DNA of 64,000 bases, taken from the IMG/VR virus record IMGVR_UViG_3300035208_003134, positions 33,891-97,890 of that record; one strand, written 5' to 3'. The notes beneath the pieces were generated by a model that was not told where the DNA came from, searched no databases, and saw nothing but the letters and a program-made list of their open reading frames with translations. Each line of letters begins with the position of its first letter. Within the stretch, counting starts at the first letter, position 1. Both the position numbers and the translations under genes were made by a program. Shown here in pieces: positions 29,204-40,093 of this stretch. Source of the DNA: a virus. Lineage: Duplodnaviria; Caudoviricetes.

Positions 29204-30487
29204 GTGCACGACGGGCAACCTTTAAGATATTTTAGCATTTTTGCCGGTATAGCCGGTTTTGAGAAAGGAATAGAAAATGCCCATAAGAGCTTTCAAGGGG
29301 GGCGAGGGCAAGGTGCACCTGCCGACGGATGTGTGCCAATGCTTAGAGAAGGGGGACAGTGGCGGTGGGGGAACGAGCAATCGCCCGTGTGTGTTGGATA
29401 TTCCGAAATTGACAAGTTCGCAGAAGCAATCTACAAACACAACTACGAGGAAGGCAGAAACTATGGAGACGCAACTAAAATTAGAACCGGAGAACTCCCA
29501 GACTTTGACTTGTTGGTTGGAGGATTTCCTTGCCAAGCATTCTCTGTTGCTGGGAAACGTAGAGGGTTTGATGACACCAGAGGAACGCTCTTTTTTGAAA
29601 TTGCAAGGATTTGCCGAGACAAAAGACCCAGATATATTCTGCTTGAAAATGTTAAGGGTCTATTATCTCACGACAATGGCAAAACTTTCACGACGATACT
29701 TGGGGTTCTTACCGCTCTTGGGTATGACCTGCAATGGCAGGTTCTTAACTCTAAAGATTTCGGAGTGCCCCAGAACAGGGAAAGAGTCTTCATTGTCGGA
29801 TATCTTGCAGGAGAAGGTCGCCGACAAGTATTTCCTATCGGAGAGTGCACTGAAGGGGATAATGAAAGGTTTGGGAAAGCCAAGGTTGTTGGAAGTTTGA
29901 CCGGCGGTGGGCACTCTGGCGGCCACCACTCAACAATGACGATACTCAAGGAGACCCAGAAGCTCTCGGACGCCAAACGCATTAGGGATGTGGACGGTTG
30001 CTCCGTTACATTGAAAGGCTTAGGTGGAGGTCAGGGGGCAAAGACTGGGCTCTACGCCGTGCCGGACTTGCGCGCGCCAAATAGTAAGAAGATTGACTTA
30101 GCTCAGGCACCGGACCGACCTTTCCAAATTTGTGAGACTCGGACTGAAGAGGGCAAGAAGACGCGCAAGGAAATAAGGGAAAAGGAAGGCAGGGACAGCA
30201 CCAAAAGGGGCAAAGACGATAAGAAGTACGTGCCAAAGAACGAAGACACGGCAAACTGCCTTACTACAGCCAAGGAGAACGTTGAAAAATGGCTTTTTGA
30301 GGGCTCAAGGGTACGGCGCTTGACACCTGTGGAGTGTGAACGGCTTCAAGGCTTCCCTGACGACTGGACGCGGTTCGGAGAGTTCGGGGATACTATCCTT
30401 GAAATAAGTGATACCCAGAGGTACAAGTGCTTAGGCAATGCAGTCACGACCAACGTAGTTCAGGCTATCATAGCAAGAATGTTTTAA
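29204..30487 (+). CDS. DNA (cytosine-5) methyltransferase
   Basis: FAGIAG (I), GFPCQ (IV), ENVKG (VI), PQNRER (VIII), RRLTPVECERLQGFP (IX), LGNAV (X). Confidence 0.95.
   Translation: MHDGQPLRYFSIFAGIAGFEKGIENAHKSFQGGRGQGAPADGCVPMLREGGQWRWGNEQSPVCVGYSEIDKFAEAIYKHNYEEGRNYGDATKIRTGELPDFDLLVGGFPCQAFSVAGKRRGFDDTRGTLFFEIARICRDKRPRYILLENVKGLLSHDNGKTFTTILGVLTALGYDLQWQVLNSKDFGVPQNRERVFIVGYLAGEGRRQVFPIGECTEGDNERFGKAKVVGSLTGGGHSGGHHSTMTILKETQKLSDAKRIRDVDGCSVTLKGLGGGQGAKTGLYAVPDLRAPNSKKIDLAQAPDRPFQICETRTEEGKKTRKEIREKEGRDSTKRGKDDKKYVPKNEDTANCLTTAKENVEKWLFEGSRVRRLTPVECERLQGFPDDWTRFGEFGDTILEISDTQRYKCLGNAVTTNVVQAIIARMF
29277..29900 (+). CDS. Overprinted +1-frame ORF resembling the M.EcoHK31I beta polypeptide
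   Basis: Own RBS GAAAGGA 29263-29269; C-terminal GM..NG...TL..SE.P....SSLSDIL...V..KYFLS...KGI pattern. Confidence 0.55.
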   Translation: MPIRAFKGGEGKVHLPTDVCQCLEKGDSGGGGTSNRPCVLDIPKLTSSQKQSTNTTTRKAETMETQLKLEPENSQTLTCWLEDFLAKHSLLLGNVEGLMTPEERSFLKLQGFAETKDPDIFCLKMLRVYYLTTMAKLSRRYLGFLPLLGMTCNGRFLTLKISECPRTGKESSLSDILQEKVADKYFLSESALKGIMKGLGKPRLLEV

Positions 30488-31549
30488 TGGTAAGAAAGGC
30501 AAGGATTAGATGGCTGATAATAGACAAGCGACAGATAACAAGGGAAAAGAAACTAAGGCTGTACACTCAATGCCCCACACTGAACGCCACAATGTGGAAA
30601 GATATGTACCTTGTGGTAGATTTGTTGCCTTCAAAGTAGAAAAGCTCTACATTCAAGCCGGAATGAGGCGCGGTAAGCATTACTTTTATTCTATTTGGCT
30701 TAACGAGTTAGCCCAGAAGGAGAGCGTAAGCTTTGTGGAGCTCTCACTCTGTGCTCTGGAACAGCTTACTTTTGAGGTTAAAAAAGGAAAGGTGGTTGAC
30801 ACTCACGATGACTATTAAAGACAAAATAATATTTTGGTTGAAGCTATCTTTTCCTATTATTATTGTAATTACAGTGTTTGTGCTGTGGATTTGGGTGGTG
30901 GTATCTTTTGTGGAAAAGATAGGCAAGCAGGTTGACGAACACGGCGGCCTCAAAGCTGTAGCCGAGAGGCTTTGGTACGGAAAAGGAGTTGATAATGCCA
31001 TTTCCAAATGATGAAGGGGCACTTAATTTTAAGGTTGAGGTAAGAAGGCACGACTTGCACGACGATTTGATTATTACCTTTGAAGAGCCAGTTAGTTGGA
31101 TAGGCTTTCATAAGGCTGATGCCGAGAAGTTGGTGGGCATCTTGCAGGAGAAGATTAAAGAGATGGTTGACCCTATAAACCCAAGGTTTAACCCAAACTA
31201 ATGTTAACCCAAGTTAAAACTTTATTCCTTGAAAAGCCGGAAGAGCTTGAAGATAAGCTCAATACTTGGCTTGCTCAAAATGTGGATGTAGAGATGCATA
31301 TGGTTTACCTATATCCAGTAGTAAAGGATAACAAAAATTGTATAATGGCAGTCATAATTTATCAAAAAGAAGGGTGGAGATAACAAATGAAAAAACGAAA
31401 AGCTGATAAAGGGTTATCTTCCGAGAAAATTTTTAACTTGTTGAGTCAACTAAATAACTTGCAATATAAAGTAAATAGGGCAATTAAAAAATTTCGGGAA
31501 ATTTTGGAAAAAGAATATATAAGGATGGAACGATAAGGAGCGAGTGCAT

Positions 31550-32011
31550 ATGAAAGATGGACAGGTAGTCTTAATTGTAGATTTTGACGGCACGATTTGC
31601 GAGCACGCATTTCCGGCTATCGGCGAGCCTAAGCCTAAGGCTGTAGAGGTTATGCAGGCTTTGGATAAGGCAGGCTTCAAAATTATCATTCATACTTGCA
31701 GGTCAAATCCCGAAATCAGCGGCCAAGAAAAGAGCGACCAATACATCAAGGAAATGGAAGATTGGCTGAAAGAGAAGCAAATCCCTTACGACGAAGTTTG
31801 GCGCGGTACGGGCAAACCCATAGGGCACTTGTACATAGACGACCACGCCATACCCTTTACAAGTTGGGACGCCGCTTTAGATATGATATTGACTATGATG
31901 AATTACGTGAAGACCGGCAAAGCTACATTGCCTGCGACTGAAGGTGGCAAGGATGTAAAGAAGGCTAAGGTTAAGATAATTTTACCGCCAGGAACAAAGG
32001 GAGCAGAGTGA
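31550..32011 (+). CDS. HAD-superfamily phosphatase
   Basis: VDFDGT, HTCR, GKP, YIDD. Confidence 0.85.
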   Translation: MKDGQVVLIVDFDGTICEHAFPAIGEPKPKAVEVMQALDKAGFKIIIHTCRSNPEISGQEKSDQYIKEMEDWLKEKQIPYDEVWRGTGKPIGHLYIDDHAIPFTSWDAALDMILTMMNYVKTGKATLPATEGGKDVKKAKVKIILPPGTKGAE

Positions 32012-32092
32012 TAATAGAAGTTAACAATGAAACTAACAAGAAGATATATCTAAAATAGTTCAATCAGCCCTTTTAGGGCAGGGAGGGGAGAA

Positions 32093-32455
32093 ATGAGTGG
32101 TTTAATGGAAAGACGAGCAGAGTTTGTTTACAATGCGGCAAGAATAGCAGCTATCGGGGCTACTGCTCCAATTATTCCCGTTATTTGGAGTGAAAGAGAG
32201 CAACCATTTAAAGACCAGTTTGTAAAAGTTATTGAAAGACAATGCGGTGAACAGCGTTCTAACTCACCAGAAGAATTGCACGGTTCTTGGATGCAGGCAT
32301 ATTTTGCTATGGGTTGGAAATTCGGGGAGAAATATGATAGAGAAAATAAAATACATCCTGATTTAGTGCCTTACTCACAACTCGGGCAATTAGAAAAAGA
32401 TAAAGACGCTGTATTCGTAGCGTTATGTGAAATAGCAAGACAATGGATTTATTAG
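32093..32455 (+). CDS. RyR-domain protein
   Basis: HGSW......GWKFG..YD...K.HPDLVPY..L...EKDKD. Confidence 0.8.
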   Translation: MSGLMERRAEFVYNAARIAAIGATAPIIPVIWSEREQPFKDQFVKVIERQCGEQRSNSPEELHGSWMQAYFAMGWKFGEKYDRENKIHPDLVPYSQLGQLEKDKDAVFVALCEIARQWIY

Positions 32456-32772
32456 CCACAGCCAAATAAGGGGGAGAGATGAGTAAGATTATAAAGTGTG
32501 ATATATGTGGTAACTCTGGGGCAAAAAGCGATGAAAGGTATATTCTCGGTGTAGCCATCACAAGAGATGTATGTAAAAAGTGTGAATATATTAAATTTAG
32601 GACTCCTCTTGAAAAAATGGAAAATAAAGTAGAGGAATTTTATAATAAAATAATGAAAGAAGAATTAATCCCTTTTCTTAAAAAGATAGGAATTAAAGAT
32701 ACAAGAACAGATGCAAAAATAGGTAGGGATAGATTTCTAAACTCTTTGTAAGTTAGCCACAGCCAAAAAGGT
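32452..32772 (+). repeat. Direct repeat TTAGCCACAGCCAAA(w)AAGG flanking an AT-rich ORF (32479-32751)
   Basis: Identical 15-mers at 32452-32466 and 32753-32767. Confidence 0.8.
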
Positions 32773-32791
32773 GGAGTATTAAAAAGGAGGA

Positions 32792-35462
32792 GTGATGTTC
32801 AACAACAAGTTCAAGTTCTTCAAGCACAAGAGTCAACCTAAACAGGAAGGCAGAGAAGTTGAGACAGCCGTGGTCATAATGCTCTACGCGGACGGAGGAC
32901 CAGTAATTCCAATTCTTAAGGTTGAGGGCATTAAGCAGAGGCGCGAGGCAACAATGAATGACCTGTACCGTATGGTCAATGATGTCAAAGGGCAGGTTGA
33001 CGAGATAAGGACTACCGAAAGTGTAGTCAATGCCTTGATACAAATGCACCAACCCAGACCTGCGCCTAATGCTCCGGTACCGAGACCAGCACCTGTTAAC
33101 CCCGAAAAGAAGGCAGAGAAGGTTGAAGAGATAGTTAAGGAAGATAGGAAAGAGCCTGTTGAGGACATCACCCATAAAGAGGGGGACGAGACTCACAAGG
33201 CAAGTGAAGATAATAAGAAATGAGTAAGACCGAGATAGCCAAGTTTCCGGAGTGCCAACAGACTTGTAGGCGCGTAGAGCTTAAAGGTGCTGCGGACTGC
33301 ATTAACTGCGACTCCTACAAAGCCGGAGTCGTAGAGGTTGGCATAAGGGAAATAAAGCTCGTACGCAAGCCTAATTGGAAGATTGTGCTTGACGCCTTGG
33401 ATAATGGAGTTACGGTTAAACTTGGCGACCACGAGTTGGTAATGCACGAGAAGAGGATATTTATGAAAGTCTCAAGGCGCTACCTCGTAGGGGCTAAGCT
33501 TATGGACGGCTTTGACGGTTGCCTCATTGAAGAACAAATGAATATCAATGCCTTCTTTGATATTTGCGACCGGCTAAGCTTCTTGGAGATATCTGATATC
33601 ATTCACAGGTCTGTAATGACAAAGTTGGAGAATGATGTTAAGAGTGTGGCACGCCAACTTTTAAAGGAGAGGGATGGACAAAGTAGCACTAAGAGTGGCT
33701 GATGTGATTGAAAAGCTCAAAGAAGTTGACCCACAGTTGGAAGTTAGGGATGGCATAAACCTGCCCTTGTTAGGTGTGAAGGTCAACGAGGTTTCGGGCT
33801 TTAGGTTTGTGGACTTTGATTTTGGGTGGGGCTTTGATAAGCAGAAAAAAGATAAGAGAGGAAGGTGCGGTCTATGCCAATGAAATTTAGGAAAAAGCCG
33901 GTAGTGATTGAAGCAGTACACTTTGACTCTGCAGATGTAGCTGAAATTATTAAATTCCTTGGAGACATTCCTCATATGCATTTTAATGAGTACAATGAGC
34001 CGGATGAGATTATGATTAAGACCTCGGAAGGCACTATGGCTGCCTCGCGCGGAGATTGGATAATCAAAGGCATAAAAGGCGAGTTTTATCCCTGCAAGCC
34101 GGACATCTTTGAGGCTACATACGAGCCGGTAAAAGAGTGAGAAAGTACCTCTACACATATCACCCTTTTTGGCAGGGGTTAAGGAGATACATTTGCGACG
34201 ACATTATTACAGAATATATATTGAGGTTTCAGGTTTTCGTAATGCATAAGCCAAATTGCAGTTTTGACAATAAAGTCCTATGTTGGTTAAGGAAGCATTT
34301 CGTAAAAAGGTTGAGGTACAGAACAGGGAGATTTGTTGATGAGTATTAAAGCCGGAGAGAGGGTCGGAGCAATACTTAGGGCAAACGCAGGGGCTTGCGA
34401 GTTCCTGGGCTACGGAGTTTATGAAGGGGACTTCCTGCCTGAAGAGGCGATAGGTTTCATAGCCAAAGCATTGGTTGAAGCTAAGGTCAAGAACCCGCGC
34501 ATACGCTTGGACTCCGGCTCGGTGGTCTATGGCTGTGAGTGCTGGTGGGGCTCGGAAGCTGAAGTCAAGAAAAGGCTTGAGGGCTACAAGGCAGTCAAGC
34601 AGGTGGATATATTGGAGATACGCAAAGAGTACCTCAAAGAGGACGCCAAGCGCAAAGCCAAGGAGAACCGGCTGGTCCAATTTGTCAAGAAATGTATGGT
34701 GTGCAAAGCCAGGGAAGAATATGTGGCAGAGCTTTCCAAGGAAGATGTAATAAGGGCTTCAGCGTTGGGTTGCGGCCATCAGGGGCTCTTTGAGTTAGAA
34801 ATTAACGAGTACGACCCCAAAGACAGGGGTAAGGCAAAGGAGAAGTGAAATGAACGACAAGAAGGAAGCTAAGGATACCAAAGCAACAGGGGCAACACAG
34901 GCAGCGAAGCCGGCACCGAAGCCCGTACCGCCAGAGCAGATAGGCGAGGCAATAGCAACAGTCCTCTCTATGAAGACAGAGCTCCAGAATGAGCTGGGCG
35001 TGGCAATCCAAAAGTTCACAGACAAGACGCACTTTAACGTGAGCGCGGTAGGAGTGAAAGCCATACTCAAAGGGGGGCAGGCTCACGCTGCAGGTTATAT
35101 GGTAGAGGTAAAGATTTCAGTCTAAGCATAAAGGGCAAAGAGGGCAAAGGAAAACAGATATGAAGGAAGTCATACACTTAGAGGCAGAGATAAATTCAAT
35201 AGAAGACCACAAGTTTGCTTCGGTAAAGGTCTTGACAGTCTTGTTTGAGATAGCCAAGGCAAGGGGCTTTGACCCTAACGAGTGCGTGCACTTCCTTCTA
35301 TCTGCAACTTATATGGCAACCTATGCGGAGCTACGCCGACCGATAGGGGGAAGTCCGGACCAAGAGGCTAAATTGCGAGCAGTAGAGCTTTTGAAGGGGA
35401 TAGTGGGGGAAGAATTAGAAAAGTTTACGAGGTTACTGATACAAGACCCTACAGCTCCCTAA
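32792..35462 (+). CDS. Run of small hypothetical ORFs (32792-33223, 33220-33702, 33874-34140 of the KFRKKPVVIEA phage family, 34339-34848, 34850-35125, 35160-35462)
   Basis: Co-oriented ORFs with RBSs. Confidence 0.6.
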
Positions 35463-35802
35463 GGAATGCTTATGCCTATAAATACATATGAAATATATAC
35501 TTGGTACTTTAAGCGTAAGAAGAATAGTTCATTTAAAAAGAAATATATGAAAAAGCCGGTAGGTAGGGGGAATATATAATATGCAGTAGCCTCCGGCAGA
35601 CGAGCTTCCTTTTCCTGTACCCATATATATGGCTCAAGGGGGCTTAGGGGGCTTAGGGAGCTCTGGTCTGGAGGTCTCCGGCTCTAAAGGGAAGGTCAAG
35701 GCGCATCCCCCCAAGACGAAGAAATATTTTTCAGAGGGCAATGTATGCCTCAAGAAATAGATTGAAGCTTAGAGATTTAGACAACTTGGGAAGCACTTAC
35801 AT

Positions 35803-36366
35803 ATGGAAACAAAGATTTCCGACATTGATGTTATCAAGCTATACAGGCAGACCAAAGACCCGCAGTACATCTCCGAAATCCTCTCGCGCTACAAGAACCT
35901 AATCCTCAAGGTAATACACCGGTGGAACAATTCTAACAAGTACTGCGTCAAGCTCCTACCTTCAGACTTTAAAGATGTATTGCAGAGTAGCAATTTAGCA
36001 GTAATATATATGATGAACAATGTCAATTTGGATAAGGTCAAGGTCTTGGCAGTGACTATCAAGTCATATATATACAATATGTTGAATGTTTGTTACCGGC
36101 ACAGGTACTACGAAGACTCCACTGAATATATACATTTAAGGAGCAGAGAGTCAACCACGGCTGACTTCCTTAAAGACGACGAAGATGTGAAGAAGACCAA
36201 GCGCCTGTACCTTGCAGACCCTCACCTTTACCTCAAATACCACTTCAGATATAACAACTACAAGGTTGGGCTAATCATATCCGGAGCCAAGAAGCGCCTG
36301 ACGATTGAAGTCTTAGGGTGCAACGCCCTAAATAAAGCCAAGAATAAGCTTACCCCTGACGAATAA
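35803..36366 (+). CDS. Sigma70-like (region 2) factor, candidate late sigma
   Basis: LYRQTKD...EILSRYKNLILKVI...DVLQ..NLAV...TIKSYI resembles sigma region 1.2/2; lies just before the packaging genes. Confidence 0.6.
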   Translation: METKISDIDVIKLYRQTKDPQYISEILSRYKNLILKVIHRWNNSNKYCVKLLPSDFKDVLQSSNLAVIYMMNNVNLDKVKVLAVTIKSYIYNMLNVCYRHRYYEDSTEYIHLRSRESTTADFLKDDEDVKKTKRLYLADPHLYLKYHFRYNNYKVGLIISGAKKRLTIEVLGCNALNKAKNKLTPDE

Positions 36367-36442
36367 TACTTTACCCCTAAAAATTTTGAATGAAACTTCC
36401 AAAGACACTTTGTGTCTCTTAGTTGAAAAGTTTGTTTTCAAT

Positions 36443-36538
36443 AAAAAATAAATTCAGGCTAAGCCCTAACACTCATACCCTACCCATAGTCCTACCCTTA
36501 GTACTATTAAGACCTAAAGATTTATGAATTTATTTTTT
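36443..36538. repeat. 14-bp perfect inverted repeat enclosing a C-rich spacer
   Basis: AAAAAATAAATTCA 36443-36456 and TGAATTTATTTTTT 36525-36538. Confidence 0.7.
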
Positions 36539-36582
36539 TGTGAAAAAATAATCATTCACATCTGTACCTAAGGAGTAATACA

Positions 36583-36954
36583 TTGAGCAATTCGCTTGTC
36601 AAGTTGAGGCCGCAGATAGACTTAGCTGAGCTCGCAAAGGGTTCGGCAGAAAGCATAAAGAATGCCAAGACCTCCCTCACAGAACTTGACGAAATCCTAA
36701 TGACATACATCCGTACAAACAAAGCTGCCATATCTCCAAATTTGGTTTTGGAGACAGCCAAGTATTTTGCATATAAGGTAATAACCGAGACCAAGAACCT
36801 CTATGACTTGTCTTCCAAGCATATGCCTCCGCCCAAGGGTGGAGATGGACAAATGCTTCCGGAAGACATAGTCAAGGAAATAGAGGGATTGCCAGCTGGG
36901 GCAAAGGCGGAGGTCTTAGCCAATATCCCAGAAACCCTAAAGAAGGAAGCTTAG
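36583..36954 (+). CDS. Hypothetical protein (candidate terminase small subunit by position)
   Basis: AAGGAG RBS with TTG start; helical; two genes upstream of TerL. Confidence 0.4.
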   Translation: MSNSLVKLRPQIDLAELAKGSAESIKNAKTSLTELDEILMTYIRTNKAAISPNLVLETAKYFAYKVITETKNLYDLSSKHMPPPKGGDGQMLPEDIVKEIEGLPAGAKAEVLANIPETLKKEA

Positions 36955-36959
36955 ACTAA

Positions 36960-37535
36960 GTGATATATTCCAAAGCCGATGTATTAGAAATATGGAAGGG
37001 GATGTACAGGTTTGCTCCCTTAGAGCCAAAGACCTTAGAGAACATCACCTCTTCCGATTGGCTGATTTTTGGAAATGCTCTTTGTTACTGCCCGATGTGT
37101 GGAGTGATAGACAAGCGCATCCTTATCCGGCTTGGGGGCAAATGGGGTTGCATTGAGTGCCACAAGATAGCTCGGCACAGGTCAATGACCACAGTCCGGA
37201 CCATTGATATACACCGGCTGACCAACGACCTCTTTGAGTACTTCGGAGAGGTATCTTCCGAGAAGCTCTTTGACCCAGAAAAGATTAAGCAGTATGTTAA
37301 GTTTTATAAGTTGGATGCCAACCCAAGGGCATATGTATTGCTCCTAAAATTCTTAAGGGCACTTTTAGCCAAGGAAGTTGGAATTGTCAAGATATACGAT
37401 TATGTAGCCCAGGTTGAGGATAAATTAGGAAAGAACAGGTTTACCAAATATGGACCAAAACCCAAACAGCCAAAACCCAATACCTCAGGACCAGAGACAG
37501 CCTCTGGAACAACTCCTGGAATTGGAAGCTCCTGA
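36960..37535 (+). CDS. Zinc-finger hypothetical protein
   Basis: CPMC...CIECH. Confidence 0.55.
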   Translation: MIYSKADVLEIWKGMYRFAPLEPKTLENITSSDWLIFGNALCYCPMCGVIDKRILIRLGGKWGCIECHKIARHRSMTTVRTIDIHRLTNDLFEYFGEVSSEKLFDPEKIKQYVKFYKLDANPRAYVLLLKFLRALLAKEVGIVKIYDYVAQVEDKLGKNRFTKYGPKPKQPKPNTSGPETASGTTPGIGSS

Positions 37536-39240
37536 AAAGACAGTCCAGGAGCGCACCGCAGATATCCAAGCCAAGATAGCCAAGCTTCCGGAGAGGCAGT
37601 TGGCGGTCTTGAGGTGGCTAAGGGACAATCCGGAGTATGAGGAGAAGCCGGTAAGCATTAGGGAATTCATAGACTCGCTGGAATACTTAGGGGCTGCGGA
37701 GGAGTGTTGGCCGCTGATAAAGGATGACTTAGAGGCACTCTTTGAGGGGTATGACAACCCAGATATGGAGTGGAAGTACGAAGAGGCAGTATTTGACGAG
37801 GGGATTGGCGCCGGCAAGAGTTACAAGTGTTCTTTGATAATCACATACCTTTTATACAGGACATTGATAATCCGAGACCCCCAGAGGTTCTTGGGAAGGG
37901 CGCGCGGAAGCGGCCTTTACTTCATAAATATGTCGGTTAGAGCCGAACAAGCCAAAAAGATTGTCTTCGGGGAGATAGTGCAGAGGGTGCAGAACTCCAA
38001 GTGGTTTAGAGACCACGGATACCTTCCCAATGAGAATGTAAGGTCGGAGTTGCAGTTTCCCAAGAATATATTTGTCATTCCAGGGAACTCAAGGGAGACC
38101 TTCCCGTTAGGGTTTACGCTCTTGGGGGCAGTTATGGATGAGGCGGCCTTCTACATAGATATAGAAGACCACGATGTGGCGGAAGAGATATACAATGCCC
38201 TACATTCAAGGATTAAAAGCCGTTTCGCCAACACCGGTATGACCATAATGATTTCTTCACCCAGGTATGTGGAGGATTTCATTGAAAGGAAGTTTGCCGA
38301 GGCTAAGATAAACTCGCGCATATTCTCAAGAAGGCGTACTTCCTGGGAAGCCCAACCCAAAGGTGGCGGCCGTGGTCAACTTTCCGGAAAAATGATAAAT
38401 ATTCAGGGGTATGATATACCGGTGGAATATGAGCAGAACGCCCTAAGGAACTTTGACCGCTTTAAAAGAGACCATATGGCGATACCTTCGTTGGTCTTAG
38501 AGCCGTATTTTAAGGCTTTTGAGCTCGTAGAAGCTTGCATTGACAGTACGATGCCCGACCCAGTATATCGGAATACATTTACAGAGGATTTCCGAGGCAA
38601 GCCGCAATATGGATATACGATACATATAGACCTTTCACTGACTACCGACTCCACGGGGATTGCAATGTGCCACAGGGAAGGCGACGATGTATTCTTGGAT
38701 TTGGTAATCAAGATTAAGCCGCCGGAAGATGGCGAGATAGATTTGAAGGCTATCCGCGCGATAGTCTTGGAGCTAAAAGCCAGAGGCTTTGGTATAACAA
38801 AGTGTACATATGACCAATACCAATCAGCCGAGAGCATTCAAGAACTTAATAAGAATGGAATAATGGCTGAAAAATTCTCGGTAGATAAGGATATGGCGGC
38901 CTACGAGACCTTGAAAGAGCTGTTTTACATCCATAAATTACATATGTATAAGCACCCAGAGCTCTTGGGGGAATTAAAGAGGCTTGAAATGATAAACGGA
39001 AAAAAGGTTGACCACCCTAAGGGGGGTTCAAAGGACTGCGCTGACGCTGTAGCAGGCTGCGTGTATTCCTGCGTAGCAAATACCAACAATTTCGGGTTCG
39101 GGTTTGCCGGAGGTACAGGTATTAGGGGTTCAGATAACCCTTCAGAGAGGGACTCAAGGCAGAACGAGCCGGCACCGGAGACCTTGACCCAAGACGGCTT
39201 AGTGCCATATGGGTACTTCGCCGGACGCAGGAGAGGTTAA
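37450..39240 (+). CDS. terL: Terminase large subunit
   Basis: GIGAGKS Walker A, VMDEAA Walker B, ISSP motif III, HIDLS nuclease, VDHP..GSKD.ADA. Confidence 0.92.
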   Translation: MDQNPNSQNPIPQDQRQPLEQLLELEAPEKTVQERTADIQAKIAKLPERQLAVLRWLRDNPEYEEKPVSIREFIDSLEYLGAAEECWPLIKDDLEALFEGYDNPDMEWKYEEAVFDEGIGAGKSYKCSLIITYLLYRTLIIRDPQRFLGRARGSGLYFINMSVRAEQAKKIVFGEIVQRVQNSKWFRDHGYLPNENVRSELQFPKNIFVIPGNSRETFPLGFTLLGAVMDEAAFYIDIEDHDVAEEIYNALHSRIKSRFANTGMTIMISSPRYVEDFIERKFAEAKINSRIFSRRRTSWEAQPKGGGRGQLSGKMINIQGYDIPVEYEQNALRNFDRFKRDHMAIPSLVLEPYFKAFELVEACIDSTMPDPVYRNTFTEDFRGKPQYGYTIHIDLSLTTDSTGIAMCHREGDDVFLDLVIKIKPPEDGEIDLKAIRAIVLELKARGFGITKCTYDQYQSAESIQELNKNGIMAEKFSVDKDMAAYETLKELFYIHKLHMYKHPELLGELKRLEMINGKKVDHPKGGSKDCADAVAGCVYSCVANTNNFGFGFAGGTGIRGSDNPSERDSRQNEPAPETLTQDGLVPYGYFAGRRRG

Positions 39241-39247
39241 AAAACAA

Positions 39248-39745
39248 ATGTATAAAACAATATTCCAACATCAAGCTGAACGTGGAATTGGCATTGTCAA
39301 GATAGAGAAATTTGAAGAGGAAAAGCATCCGCGCGACAAGGGTGGCAAGTTCTCTTCGGGTGGTGGTGAGTCCGGAAAGGGAAAAGAAGACAAGCCGGAG
39401 TCCGGCAAGACCTATCAGTTGACCGGTGCTCCTGGGGAAGCTACAATTCATTCCGGAGCTTCGTGGAAAGAGTCTGAAGTCAAGGATAAACCTCAAGAGT
39501 CAATTACAGTAACACACGATATTTCTGGAATGACATCTAAAGAATTAAAGAACTTGATACCTGCCGGAAGCTATCGGGGTGTTAAAGAAGGACAAAAAAC
39601 TGTAATCAGAGATGGTACTAATACTCGGACATTTGTTTGGCGAGGTGGCAAACCAATTTTAGAAGATAAACCAGAGAGCCGGTCGTCTTACCGTAGTTAT
39701 GTTGAAGGTAAGGACAACACCGGCAGACCGAGCGGAGCAGTTTAA
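39248..39745 (+). CDS. Putative head-associated protein (leader A + KHPR module)
   Basis: MYKTIFQHQAER...KFEEEKHPRDKGGKF. Confidence 0.6.
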   Translation: MYKTIFQHQAERGIGIVKIEKFEEEKHPRDKGGKFSSGGGESGKGKEDKPESGKTYQLTGAPGEATIHSGASWKESEVKDKPQESITVTHDISGMTSKELKNLIPAGSYRGVKEGQKTVIRDGTNTRTFVWRGGKPILEDKPESRSSYRSYVEGKDNTGRPSGAV

Positions 39746-39747
39746 AA

Positions 39748-40092
39748 ATGCAAGTCCTTTCCTTTTTAAAAAATGGTAAGCGTTACGACATAACAGCCGA
39801 AGCCTTAGAAATATTAAGGAAGGGCGCGGCCGAAATGTCTAAGGATTGGGACGAGTCCAAGCACCCCAGAGAAAAAGGAAAATTTACTTCGGGTGGGGGC
39901 TCTGAACAGGGCTCTGCAACCGAAGCCAAAACTGATATTGGCATTAAGACTAAAGAGAAGATTAAGGAGTGGCAACACATTGAGCGGCCGGTCTTGGGGC
40001 ACTCCAAAGAAGGTAACTGGCTTTATCAGAGGCTCTTGCATAACATTAAAGCTAAACAGTCATTGGGGCAGTCCCAAATGCAGAGGGCTTAA
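39748..40092 (+). CDS. Putative head-associated protein (leader B + KHPR module)
   Basis: MQVLSFLKNGKRYDI...KDWDESKHPREKGKF. Confidence 0.6.
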   Translation: MQVLSFLKNGKRYDITAEALEILRKGAAEMSKDWDESKHPREKGKFTSGGGSEQGSATEAKTDIGIKTKEKIKEWQHIERPVLGHSKEGNWLYQRLLHNIKAKQSLGQSQMQRA

Positions 40093-40093
40093 A

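Noticed and set aside
35638-35658. Telomere-like TTAGGG repeat or G-quadruplex
   Set aside because: Only two TTAGGG copies and three G-runs; insufficient on its own.
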